DNA of 62,469 bases, counting the filler, from Nemertoderma westbladi (lineage: Eukaryota > Animalia > Xenacoelomorpha): assembly GCA_032718475.1 (NCBI GenBank). It is 3 parts of 3 records of this genome, joined end to end, with 100 filler letters (N's around TTAATTAATTAA, not from the genome) between each part and the next. Parts side by side here need not be neighbours in the genome. Positions count along the whole stretch, not along the records: positions 1 to 31,551 come from JAUCBJ010005171.1; 2 more parts are not named here. One strand, 5' to 3'. Positions 1 through 12,147 of the stretch are shown one piece after another. Made by a program: the position numbers and the translations under genes. How positions within the stretch are numbered: the first letter of the stretch is position 1; each line of letters begins with the position of its first letter. Below the pieces are notes generated by a model. It saw only the letters and a program-made list of their open reading frames with translations, did no database searches and was not told the origin of the DNA.

Positions 1-187
1 TTCACTTTCATTCGTATTTGTAGGGTAAAACGTATTATTCCTGAAATGTCAGTTAGTTTTAGGGGATAAAAATAAATAAACGAATTGAACTAGAATATAA
101 AATGAATTTAATTTAAGTTTCCGATTGCACATATACAAAATATTATAGTAATTAACTGAACGGTTTCAATCCTAACGAACTATTTAG

Positions 188-1047
188 TTAAGCGGTGGAA
201 TCTGTAACTGTCACTACTTGTTCGGCATAGAGTTTACGGAGGACCTTGAAGGCGGCCACGGTGGCGTAGGGAGTGTTAGTCAGAGGATCGAAATACTTAG
301 CGGGAAGATGAGTCACGGACAGACGCGGGAAACCGTGGGCGGCGGGAAATTCAAACGATGGGGGCGGGACCGCTGCGCGGGAAAGTTCGCGGACAGAATG
401 TCGGAGTCGGGGAAAGTGACGAAGTTTCTCGAGTATTTATCAGTGGAATCCGTAGCAGTGGGCGGAGTCGGATTAGCACCAACCGGAGTCGGATTAGCCC
501 CAACCGGAGTCGGATTAGCCCAAACGGAGTCGGATTAACCCCCACCGGCGTCGGATTAGCCCCAACCGGAGTCGGATTAGAGCCAACCGGAGTCGGATTA
601 GCCACTGTTGCATCAGAACTGGAGTTGGTCGTTCTCCGACTACCGTCCGAGAAAGAAACCGAATCATCGGTACCTCGCGTTTTTTCTTCGCCGCTTTCAA
701 CCTCTTCCTCTTCTCCTGCTCCAACTGCAACCACTCCTCCAAGGCCGCTAGGTTTCGTCTCTCCGTAATCTTTGCCTCCTCCAGTAACTCGTTCTGCGTT
801 AACCTCCGGAACGGCGACGCTTTTTGGGCGGAGTTTTCGTCGTGTTTAACTCCCGTTGGCGTTTAGTCGCTGCCAAGGTTTTCGCCTTGGTGGAGCGTCT
901 CGAGGCTCGAGGTTCTGTCGGACCGGATTTTTGTTCCGACGGTCCAGTTTTTGGATCCAACGTACTGGATTTTGGATCCGAAGACTCTGTATTCCGACTT
1001 TTTGTTTTAGCGACAGGCTTCGTTTTGGGTTGTTTACCGCGAACATC
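188..1047 (-). CDS. VPS72: VPS72/YL1 exon 2 (terminal), broken by four apparent single-base deletions
   Basis: Acceptor tttatattcccag|GAT at 1047, phase 0. Successive frames give RASRRSTKAKT, LTQNELLEEAKITERRNL, YSRNFVTF and the YL1_C motif CPVTHLPAKYFDPLTNTPYATVAAFKVLR, then TAA at 188-190. 860 nt + 4 = 288 codons. Confidence 0.88.
463..603 (-). repeat. Coding 21-bp minisatellite (NPTPVGA, ~7 units) in VPS72
   Basis: Tandem ccaaccggagtcggattagcc units. Confidence 0.9.
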
Positions 1048-1199
1048 CTGGGAATATAAATTATTCAATATTATATAAATAAATAAGAAATAAAATATTA
1101 TTTTTCCATTCTTTTCTCCATTCTGGAATGGTCGAAACATGGCAAAAGGAATTCAACATCCCAAAATGTTCAGTAGTATCACTCCAAGCAGCGCAGGTT

Positions 1200-1770
1200 G
1201 TAAATAATCGTGTATATCACATTAATAATTACCACCTAGCCCATGTATCTGAAGCAAAATACCTCTGGTATTATTGTATGTGATTTAGCGAACTATTGCT
1301 TATATTACATCCAAAGCTAGAAAGACCTGCTGCCAAATACGGAGGTCTTTTGGTCACCGGAGTGCCAAACTTCAATTCGACTTGTTCGCAGTCTATGCGC
1401 GTCCAATTGTTGAATTCAACAGCCCCATCTGGTGTCCCACACCTTGATAACGACATTAATATACTGGAAAGGATGCAGCGTGAGTTCATTCGTTATCTAA
1501 ATGCTGAACTGGTTTTATGGGACGCTCCTACCCAGATAGACTAAACGAACTGGATTGCCGCTCATTAGAAGAGCGTCGTACCTTCCTTAACATTGTAGAA
1601 ATGTTGCCATCAGCGGATAGAAAGATTTTCAATTTAATTCTATCGCGCATAAGAGGGAATGGATGAAAAGTTTAGATCCCTAGATCATCTAACTGTATAA
1701 ACCAGAATAGTTTTCCAGTGCGCAGAATCGCCACCTGGAACAGCCGGCCATCTAATGTTGTCCGTTTTAC
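1200..1770 (+). mobile_element. Degenerate CR1-type LINE 3' fragment in the VPS72 intron
   Basis: Broken frames give HPKLE..., PHLDNDINILERMQREF, SLEERR and FPVRRIATWNS, typical of the CR1 ORF2 C-terminus. Confidence 0.6.
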
Positions 1771-1974
1771 TGTAGAGTAGAATATGACGTGTCAAATTTT
1801 AATTGTTTAAATTCTAATTTTAATGTTGCAGTATCTATACCTACGTTTAATCTATGTTTTTTAACCATTTAACTTGTAAACGATTTGGTCATTAAATTAC
1901 AATTATCGGTGCCGGTGCAATTAAGGTAGCGCATTTCTGTATTTATGTACCTGCACGCTCACTTACTGACTTAC

Positions 1975-2310
1975 CTTGTATGCTTTGGTAGTGACTGCCC
2001 TCTTCCTTCTTGGCTCATCCTCCTCCACTTCCTCAGCCATATCGACCTCCTCAACCGAAGATCCCTCCGACTCATCCGGCTCCTCTTCCTCCTCCTCCGA
2101 ACTGCGGTACTCTCCGTCCCCGTCATCCTCCAGGAACCCCCCGTAGGTACTCCGGTAGAACTCGTCCTCCACGTGAGTCTGCCCCGAAGTCGCCTCGGCT
2201 AGAAGCTGACTCATCCGGTTCCCGGCCTTGGAGCGGCGCTCCCGACCGGATACCAGAGACGGGGGTAGGACCACCGGCTCGTCGTCAGTGGACGTTGACG
2301 AGTCTGACAT
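1975..2310 (-). CDS. VPS72: VPS72/YL1 exon 1
   Basis: RERRSKAGNRMSQLL...DEFYRSTYGGFLED...EY...acidic tract...TKAYK matches the YL1 N-terminus. Donor AAG|GTAAGT at 1975/1974; 112 codons, phase 0. Confidence 0.92.
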
Positions 2311-2584
2311 CGTTAGGAATAATTATGGACAAGATTTTGTGACTTTCAAACGGCCGCGGCCGGTGCCTTGTTTATATATTATCACAGTCTGACAGTACGG
2401 TAGTTGTAATGGGTACCCTGATGACGCTGTACCTGTATGTAGGTAGGCCTATGCTGCTATGGTTAAAAAAAATACTGTAAGATCAGAAGATATTCAGTAC
2501 CATTACCGGTACCGGTACAGCGGTAGTTATAGTGTTATATAATAATACTGTGATACACAGTAGAACATTACCTAAAAAGGCTGT

Positions 2585-3225
2585 AAGGTGGATGGGAATG
2601 CGGGAAGGTGGAATTGGAATGTGGGAAGGTGGAAGCGGAAGGGAATGTGAGAATCAATAAACGCTGTTGTTACCTTCCAATTGATGGAAAGGAGCAGGTT
2701 ACAGCGGCGGCAATTTCTAACCAAAACAAACCAAAACAAAACGATGTTGCGCTGTTACCTACCTCATAACCAAAACAATAAACGTGTGTTGAGTAGGTTA
2801 CATCTGTACATGGTTTCGCTTTTCTAACCAAAACAATAAGTTGTTGTTACTTATAAATGTAGGGAAAGGAGCATGTTACAGGGGCGGGCTGTTCTAACCA
2901 AAACAATAAACTACTTTGTTGATACCTACCAATTGAAGGAAAGGAGCAGGTTACAGAGGCAGGATTTTCTAACCAAACCAATAAACAACCATCCTGACAC
3001 GTTCCCACATTCCCACCCACCTTATCATCTTCCCACATGCCCATCCAGCCACTTTCCCATTCCCACATTCCCATCCACCCACCTTCCCATAAGCCCATCC
3101 ACCCACCTTCCCCAAGCCCATCCACCGACCTTCCCATCCAACCACCTTCCCGCGCACATTCCCACCCACCCACTCACCCGCACCCACCCACCCGCACCCA
3201 CCCACCCGCACCCACCACCTTCTCA
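2585..3225. repeat. Composite repeat: G-rich arm, degenerate 60-bp satellite units (reverse), C-rich ~20-bp arm
   Basis: gggaaggtgg repeats at left, ccaccttccc repeats at right; core ttctaaccaaaacaataaac matches the 17955-18590 array in reverse. Confidence 0.6.
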
Positions 3226-3514
3226 CTGGACGTACGACTGAAAGTGACTGATCAACAGATCAGCCCCCTCAAAAAAAAAGGATTTCGCGCACCACGTGAA
3301 TACAAAAATACCCCATGTAAACTTTTCCTGACTTTGTGAGGACATGTGAACTTTGAACTGTTTGGGAAGATGGTCGAAAATACGAAAGTTTCCTAATGAT
3401 AGTGAATGGGCCATATTCATTTCTGATGTGTTTATTTTTTCACACACATCCCATCTATGCATCTCGGTGATGTTTTACGGTATCTCGTCTCAATGTAGCA
3501 GTGTTTCATTATCA

Positions 3515-3960
3515 ATTAAGGGGGGGGGGGGGGGGGGGGGTAGGCCTAGCCACCCCCAGCCCCCCCCCCCCCCCCCCCTCGCTATAAATGTCAGAAATTT
3601 GTTTTTTATTGCATCTAGAACATAATTAAATGGGGATTTCAAATCTGAAAACGGCTTTGAGAGATCTCTTTTAGTTATCGAGTTATCATGGAATATCTGT
3701 GTGCCAATCTGTCTGCCAAAATGCAAGACAGACATACAGACAGACAGATGAGACAGACAGACAGACAGACAGACAGATGGCCAGACTACAATAAACCAAA
3801 TATTAAAACTGGCATCGTTAATTAAATCAGCGACCTCGAAAAACCCCATAAATATAATTTTAGTCTTCATGTCAGACACTATTAACCAACCAGACCCCAT
3901 ACAGACAGGTAGTTTTGCGCGGGAAAGTTTGAACTTTAAAGGCTATTATCTCATAATGAC
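3515..3960 (+). mobile_element. Non-autonomous DNA element with poly-G terminus after TTAA; same family as 12885-13559
   Basis: Shared aatggg..ttcaaatct.aaaacgg, (GACA)n and aaaaccccc segments. Confidence 0.55.
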
Positions 3961-5789
3961 ATTTTTTCGCACGAAAAATACTACTCCTTCGCCATTTCTT
4001 AACAGTTTTTTTGCAATTCTTGCTTTAGGCCTATGAAAGGTAATTTCATAAGATTCAATAAATTTCACGCACTTTTCTTAATTTTATAACATTTCCCTAT
4101 TTTTTAATGAAAAATTACAAAAATACATGGGTATTTTCAGTTTTTAAAAAATTTTGATTTTTTTTACGAAATTTCCAATTATCAGAAATTGAAAACGAAA
4201 TTAGAATAAGTGCGTGAAAAATATGACAGCTGATATGGACAGCATTGCAATATTATTTTCACTTTCCTACAGTAACTTCTGCCATTTTCATGAAAATAGT
4301 CAGCTGTTTTCCTCTGTCCCATGTATTTTAATGAAAATATCCACACGCATTAAGGAAAACAAGTTGCCTTTGTTTGCTTCACTTCCATTTTCCAACCATC
4401 CAACACAAGTAAGGTTTCACCTACAGTATAACCTGCTACAGTACCGGTACCATATACACTGTATACTGTAGTTAGTAGGCTATGGTTTCGCCTCAGAACG
4501 GAAATCTTTAAACCTACACGGGAGCTCCAAACCAAATTTTTTTCGAAATCGAAATTATCCCGTGCGAAATGGCCAATGAAAACATTACTTTTTAATTATA
4601 TATTAAGACGTACTACATCAAAACATCAATACATACTACATACAGTGCGTGAATGACGACAGGTCAGGTAGGCCTACACAGGTCGCTCGCTACTTACGGG
4701 ATATTTGACAGCATCGATATATTGTCTGTGGAACTGGCTGTGCATTGCCGTGTCTTCAACACATCCGGCAGTGTATATCATGCCACATACGTTGCATTGT
4801 ATGGTACCGAAGTCACGTTGACCAAAATCCTAAGAGCGATCCAATTACAATTAATTAACACTACGTATGTTAAAAATTATTAAAATGAATAAAACCGTAA
4901 CAATTTGCTAAGGACAATTTTAATTAAAGGAAATTAAGTATAAATTATAATTAACATATGTCGTTTTTATATTTAGTTTAAAATATCGCTTAAATTTAAA
5001 GTAGTTTGTTTTGTTGTGCAATATGGCGTACATTTTGTAATTTTCTTCGCTAATTATAATAGGTTTGTCCTAAATTTTGCTGGTGTGATTAATAAAATAA
5101 TAAAGTCACGAATAAAATTATAAATTTGAGACTATATCTGGGGGCAAATATAAAGAACGATCGATAAAATTGGGTCACAGGGTCAAACTATCCACAAAAT
5201 AATTCAAAAGTTTAACGGTAACTATATGATTTAGTTTTCTCGCTGAGTTAAATTTGATGCATGGCATTAGAACAACATGAACATAAATTAAATGTAGGCC
5301 ATATTGTAGTACTGTAGCTTTATTCTTGAATTTATACAAATTAGGCCTACTATAAGCTAAATAACTAGCTATGTTAAATATTTGCAATTCAATTTTCCTA
5401 GTATTTTGTTTTTGGTCCGAATTATGTTTCTATCAGGAACCGGACAATTCGGTCCCATTTATGTAGTGTATTGGGACTGATTTCTCCGGGACCTCAATAA
5501 AATGTATTTCTGCTATACCAATAAATATTTATGTGACAATTGAAATGTTATATTACTCGGCCGGTGATATACGCTATGTTAAAACGGGATGGGTTATGCA
5601 TAGATTTGTGAGGCACATAGCCCACTCGCCCGCTTTGCAAAGCTGTGCCCAACAAAAGTTACAACTATATACAGTAGAACAGTACTGAATTGATTCTTGA
5701 TCAAATAAAACGCGACTTTTGAGCGCAATTACTTTAACAATGATTGTATCAATCAATAGTATAATTTTTAATTAATTGCACTATATAAT

Positions 5790-6250
5790 TAAATAATAAT
5801 AATCTGCATAAATAATTTAATAATAATAATAATAATAGACATGAACTTATATAGCGCCTTACCTAAATGTCAGTTGAAAGGCGCTTTAAAACAAATCTTA
5901 CTTAGGGTACTGTATGCACATGAAAATAAATGAGTTTTTAATCCGCGGCCGAAAACCTTGTAGTTGGTATAGCAGTTCTGAGTTCCAGGGATAGACTGTT
6001 GAATACTGTTGGGGCGGCGATCGAAAAACAGCGAGCGCCGTAATACTTAAGATATAACGGGGAACTTTAAGGGTCCAGAGGTAGTCAGTTCTTGTAGTAC
6101 TGTAGAATAATTTGGTGTTAGTTGTTTCAAAACGTAGGCAGGTGCTTTATTATTGAGTGCTTTCCAGGTTAGAGTTGCAATTTTGTATTCAATTCTTGAT
6201 GATATTGGCAGCCAACGTAAGGATTTTAGAATTGGTGTTATGTGGGATAA
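5790..6250 (-). mobile_element. L2-group LINE 3' fragment with (ATT)n tail
   Basis: Reverse strand gives HITPILKSLRWLPISSRIEYKIATLTWKALNNKAPAY and YGARCFSIAAP; (aat)n run at 5790-5838. Confidence 0.75.
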
Positions 6251-6536
6251 AGCGATTTATACTTAACTAAATGTGGACCTGAACAAATAATTAATTTTAA
6301 TAATTCAATTCATTAATTTATATATTGTTACTTGTTAATAATTAATTAAGTAAATTGAATTACAGGTTTAAACAAGGACTCCAGTGTCTTAACGTTGATT
6401 GGTAAAATATGTAGAAACAGATCAATTGTGGAAAAGGTCAATTCCCATCATTTAACATTATAATCTTTTAAAAAACCCGCGAAAAACAACCCAGCAAACC
6501 AACACAACAGCCAATCAATGTTGTTCAAATAATTAC

Positions 6537-7730
6537 CTCGGGATCCCGACTAAGTATCTCGGGATCCCGTGTTACTATCTCGGAATCCCGAGTTACTATC
6601 TCGGGATCCTGACTTATTATCTCGGGATCCCGAGTTACTATCTCGGGATCCCGTGTTACTATCTCGGGATCCCGTGTTACTATCTCGGGATCCCGACTTA
6701 TTATCTCGGGATCCCGAGTTCCTATCTCGGGATCCCGAGTTCCTATCTCGGGATCCCGTGTTATTATCTCGGGATCCCGACTTATTATCTCGGGATCCCG
6801 AGTTACTATCTCGGGATCCCGTGTTACTATCTCGGGATCCCGTGTTACTATCTCGGGATCCCGACTTATTATCTCGGGATCCCGAGTTCCTATCTCGGGA
6901 TCCCGAGTTCCTATCTCGGGATCCCGTGTTCCTCTTACTATCTCGGAATCCCGAGTTACTATCTCGGGATCCTGACTTATTATCTCGGGATCCCGAGTTA
7001 CTATCTCGGGATCCCGTGTTACTATCTCGGGATCCCGTGTTACTATCTCGGGATCCCGACTTATTATCTCGGGATCCCGAGTTCCTATCTCGGGATCCCG
7101 AGTTCCTATCTCGGGATCCCGTGTTCCTCTTACTATCTCGGGATCCCGTGTTCCTCTTACTATCTCGGGATCCCGTGTTACTATCTCGGGATCCCGTGTT
7201 ACTATCTCGGGATCCCGAGTTACTATCCCGGGATCCTGAGTTATTATCTCGGGATCCCGAGTTACTATCTCGGGATCCCGTGTTACTATCTCGGGATCCC
7301 GACTAATTATCTCGGGATCCCGAGTTCCTATCTCGGGATCCCGTGTTACTATCTCGGGATCCCCCGAGTTACTATCTCGGGATCCCGTGTTACTATCTCT
7401 GGATCCCGACTTATTATCTCGGGATCCCGAGTTACTATCTCGGGATCCCGTGTTACTATCTCGGGATCCCGTGTTACTATCTCGGGATCCCGTGTTACTA
7501 TTTCGGGATCCCGTGTTACTATCTCGGGATCCCGAGTTACTATCTCGGGATCCCGTGTTCCTCTTACTATATCGGGATCCCGTGTTACTATCTCGGGATC
7601 CCGTGTTACTATCTCGGGATCCCGTGTTACTATCTCGGGATCCCGAGTTACTCTTACTATCTCGGGATCCCGACTTACTATCTCGGGATCCCGAGTTACT
7701 ATCTCGAGGATCCCAAGTTACTATCTCGAG
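6537..7730. repeat. 21-bp minisatellite (~55 units) with palindromic core CGGGATCCCG
   Basis: Unit atctcgggatcccg(t/a)gttact with a few recurrent variants and 6-bp insertions. Confidence 0.97.
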
Positions 7731-8457
7731 TTGCAATGCAATCTCGTTCAAAATTTATTTAAATTATTTTCCAAATGCAATCATTTTGAGTGATTGACAA
7801 TTGACAATTGACGAATTGTATACGTGATATATGTAGATTAAAGGTATCGTATCACAATTATTTTTTGTATTAAGTGATGTGTGGTTACAAATAGTGACGA
7901 TATAAATAGTGTAAAAATAGGTCTGTGGCAACGACAAAACTTACAGCCAGACAACCAATAGAATCAACCTTCATCATGTTTCTTTTGTTTGTGTCACTAT
8001 TAATAATTCCTAATAATTAGGTAACCCTGACTGAAATAATTGTATTTATTACATAGAGATTTTAGTACATATTTTAGTACAATAAATTATTGAGAGCAAA
8101 CAGATTGCCGTCGGAGAAACGACTGTGGAACGACTGAAAGTGAACGACATAGGAAATTAGTCAAGGACAAGCTGACAATCATACACAGTCTGCCAATCTT
8201 GTAGATAGGGAACTGTGAACAGTGCAAGAATAATAGCAGAATAGTGCAGTAGTGCGTATGCAGTATGCGTAGACCATAGGAATAGGCCTAGTACGTAGAC
8301 GACTGCATTCTGGCATTAAATACTGCTGTACTGTGGGGTGGGTAGTGGAATGCATATGGCATATGCAATATGGCTTATTGAAGGATACTGTAGATAGGTG
8401 ATACAGTGATCTGTTGATAGGTGCTCTACTGTAACTGCTGAACTCTGGAACTGTGAA

Positions 8458-9621
8458 ATGTATCCCCAAGTTGCGTGCTACAACTCCCCAGCAAAAAAGA
8501 ATGCCTCCGATATAATCGAATTGAACGTTGGCGGGACGCGATTCACGACGTCCAAAGCGACTCTCACCTGGGTGGCCGAGTCCTTCTTCACGGCGTTGCT
8601 TAGCGGCCGGGTCCCTGCGACGCGCGACGCTAACGGAGCGATCTTCGTGGACCGCGACCCCGACGCTTTCCGGGTCATCCTCCAGTTCCTCCGAACGAAA
8701 CAACTCAACCCGCGCGGCGTCGACATCGACACGCTTCTACACGAGGCCGAGTTCTACGGGTTGTCCCCGTTGGCGCGCCGGTTGCGTCTATGCGCGGACG
8801 TGACGCGGCCTTCCTGCGGTGGGCTTCTATTCTACGGACTCCAACCCGCCCCGGACGTTCTACAAATCGCGGAAACTCAAACCGACACGAAAACCCGTCG
8901 CGTTCTCCTCCTACAAGGCCACTACAACTACATGGCTGTGGCTTACCCCGGATATCTCTGCGTCTACAGAATAATGGAGTCTACCGGATGGCAACTCGTA
9001 TTCGCCTCGCCCCCTCAGGAGGGCCGTATTGAGCGGATGGCTCTGAACACAAAAGTAACGCCCGGGAGTGCACAGAAGATGGCCGCTGTCTCTACAGGAA
9101 CCTGCGTTACTTTATGGACATTCGGGGAAACAGAAGGGGAATCCTCTAAAGTGGGAAGATTCGAACTCTCTGGACGAGTCGACTCGCTCTTCTTCGTCGG
9201 CAGTCAGCTAGTAGCGCTCAACCGAACCGGTCGTATCGGGGTCTGGAACTCTACAAGCTACCGCTGGCAACTTCAGGATCTCGGTGCGACCGGTGTCTGT
9301 TCCTACGACGGTGCGGGGGCCATCCTACTCCTCGGCTGCACCAACGGCGCGATCAACTACATCGACATGCAGAAGTTCCCGCTCCGCATGAAGGATAACG
9401 ACCTCCTCGTTAGCGAGTTGTACCGCGACCCTTCGGGCCAGCCGGTGACCGCCCTGTCCGTCTATCTGACCCCGAAGACCACTGTAACGGGTAACTGGAT
9501 CGAGGTGGCTTACGGTACCAGCGCCGGCACAGTATCCATCATCGTACAGCATCCCGAGACGCTGGGTCAGACGCCGCAACTTTTCCAAACATTCAACGCG
9601 CACACCAACCCAGTGACTAAG
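8458..9621 (+). CDS. KCTD3: KCTD3/SHKBP1-like BTB/POZ + WD40 protein, coding exon 1
   Basis: IIELNVGGTRFTTSKATLTW...FVDRDP...HEAEFYG (KCTD BTB); IDMQKFPLRMKDNDLLV, NWIEVAYGT and PQLFQTF match KCTD3/SHKBP1. Donor AAG|GTAAGA, 388 codons. Confidence 0.93.
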
Positions 9622-10390
9622 GTAAGAACCCCGTGAGAAAGGTATGGGACCCAGTTTGCCAGCGAATAAGGTATGGGACCCAGTGACTTAGGTACCGGGA
9701 TGGGACCCAGTGACTTAGGTACCGGGATGGGACCCAGTGACTAACGTATGGGACCCAGTGACTAAGGTATGGGACCCAGTGACTAAGGTATGGGACCCAG
9801 TGACTAAGGTATGGGACGCAGTGACTAAAGGTATGGAACCCAGAACCCAGTGACTAAGGTATGAGACCCAGTGACTAAGGTATGGGATGGGACCCAATGA
9901 CTAAGGTATGGGACCCAGTGACTAAGGTATGAGGTATGGGACCCAGTGACTAAGGAGGTATGGGAGGGACCCAGTGACTAAAGGTATGGAACCCAGTGAC
10001 TTAAGGTATGAGACCCAGTGACTAAGGTATGGGACCCAGTGACTACGGTATGGGACCCAGAGACTAAGGAATGGCTGAATGGGACACAGTGACTAAGGTA
10101 TGGGACCCAGTGACTAAAGGTATGGAGCCCAGTGACTAAGGTATGAGACCCAGTGACTAAGGTATGGGACCCATTGACTACGGTATGGGACCCATAGACT
10201 AAGGAATGGGACACAGTGACTAAGGTATGGGACCCAGTGACTAAAGGTATGGAACCCAGTGACTACGGTATATGGGACACAGTGACTAAGGTATGGGACC
10301 CAGTGACTAAAGGCATGGGACCCAGTGACTAAGGTAAGAACCCAGTAACTAAGGTATGGGATCCAGTAACTAAGGTAGGAACCCAGTAAA
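9608..10390 (+). repeat. 21-bp minisatellite starting at the KCTD3 exon/intron junction
   Basis: Roughly 35 units of acccagtgactaaggtatggg. Confidence 0.95.
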
Positions 10391-10489
10391 TGTTAGTTAA
10401 AATTGATTAGTTAAAAATGTAAGTTAAAATTAGTTAAAATTCGCTGGTTAGTGGCCCTGTTTTTCAATCATCAATCTAGAAGCTGTCCT

Positions 10490-10737
10490 ATCAAATCGTT
10501 CGTTATCGTTAATTGAATCCAATTAACACATTTCAAAGGAAACAGTCAGCCGCTACCGGTGGCGACCTGAAGGTAGAAGCTACTCCTATCCAAAGTGTTG
10601 TTCCCAGTATTTAAACTGCTCCTCATTTTATCGAACACATGGGATGACAGACTGATTAGACCTTGCTGGGGCTCGAACCTACAACCAATATATTGCTGGC
10701 CCGGCTCTCAACCAACAGAACAGAGCTACACCACCTC
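10490..10737 (-). mobile_element. tRNA-derived SINE (degenerate)
   Basis: Reverse strand: A-box-like ggtggtgtagctc, B-box GGTTCGAGCCC, then ggtctaatcagtctgtcatccc...gataaaatgag resembling a conserved SINE central domain. Confidence 0.5.
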
Positions 10738-12147
10738 TACTATTCATCACTTAGTCATTAAAATTATGTTCTGGACACAGTTATGGACTGGCAGTTATAC
10801 ATTGAATTATTGACGAATCCTTGAATGTTTTATAGTAAAACAAGGTCTAACGCAAGTTGTAAACATCCTCTATAAAGTTTGCGTTCTAACTGTTTAAGAG
10901 GATGGGTTTTAGTGTCCGACACAGCAGAAGTTACAATCTGTTTATAATATTCATAGTAGAGTAGAGATGACTTATTAGTTACAGATAGAGACAGAGTGTC
11001 GTCCCGAAAGAACGTCTGAGAAAATCCTGGATTTTTCGGAGCCCCCTGTCCATGTCCACGCTTGTCCGGATTTTTCCAAACCCCCTTACTTCGGACATCC
11101 GAATTTTCGAACGAAAAAAGGTAACTGACTGAAAATTATCATAAATTAATTGCATTCATATAAATTCTAATAATATTTTATTTAATTAACTCTCCTCCAA
11201 AATTGCGGGGGGGGGGGGGGGGGGGTAATTTATTCCCGAATATGGTCATCACTTCATCTTCACCTACATCTGCCTACTGGCCAGGCCACACCACACGTGC
11301 TGTATTAAAATAATAAACTCAAAAAAATAAAAATAGACTTTTATAGAATTGAATATTTGAATTTTACTCACTGATGTAGCAGCAGTCTGTTTAATGTTTT
11401 GGAGATTATACCCGCTCAGTAGTGTAGTGTACACACGATTGTGAAATAATGAAGAGGCCTCCACCACCTGTCCGATATCGAAGACCCAACCCCATCTCTG
11501 GCCTCTGATATCCTTTATAGATGACCCCCAGTTTGTATGTTCGCAATTTAAGTACTCATGGAATCAGTAAGTACCCACTACCCCACTACGCTATGCCCAA
11601 AGCTCAACCATTCTGTACTTGGCCGTCTTGACATCCCGGCATATGGATTATGTAATCCGATTCAAGTGAAACTGTAAGATGACTATTAACTGATTGTCTG
11701 CACGGTAACAGCAACAGCATTATAATTACCTGAGAGTCAGCGCTATCTCAGTATAGACAATGGTACCATGGACACTAAATGTTTAACATCTTCGGTTACA
11801 TTTATCTTTTAACTTTATATTTTTTACAAATTTATTATACTTTAAATTATGGTGTTGAGTTTGAGAGCAGACATAGCTTCCTTGTGTAGATAGAAGCTTT
11901 AAGATAGATAGAAGAATATAGATAGTAGCTTTATAAATAAAAAAATCGATTTGTGGTTGTGGTCCCCGTAATACGGAATATTAATCATTGGGGATTTACT
12001 TTTCGCTTGTTTCATTTACATTTACTTAACAAGATACGGAATCTGAAACTTTACGTTTACACACATGTAAATAGTTATATAAATCCGTCTACACAAACTA
12101 CCTCCTTATAGTTTTAAATTAAGACGATATTTTCTTTATCTTTCAAG

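Noticed and set aside
2847-3339. Trp/Gly-rich and Pro/His-rich ORFs
   Set aside because: Translations of a low-complexity C-rich repeat.
6525-7797. CRISPR-like array or repeat-protein ORFs (RDPEIVT / LLSRDP / SRDSNTG)
   Set aside because: Inter-palindrome segments are ~7-bp recurrent variants, not unique spacers; no cas genes; eukaryotic context; ORFs on both strands arise from a stop-free 21-bp unit.
8179-9603. Antisense and alternate-frame ORFs over KCTD3 (similarly over VPS72, TDRD3, BEL and piggyBac)
   Set aside because: Shadow ORFs of GC-rich or repetitive coding sequence with no recognisable motifs.
10660-10737. tRNA gene
   Set aside because: A/B-box-like motifs present but no convincing cloverleaf; continues into a SINE-like body.
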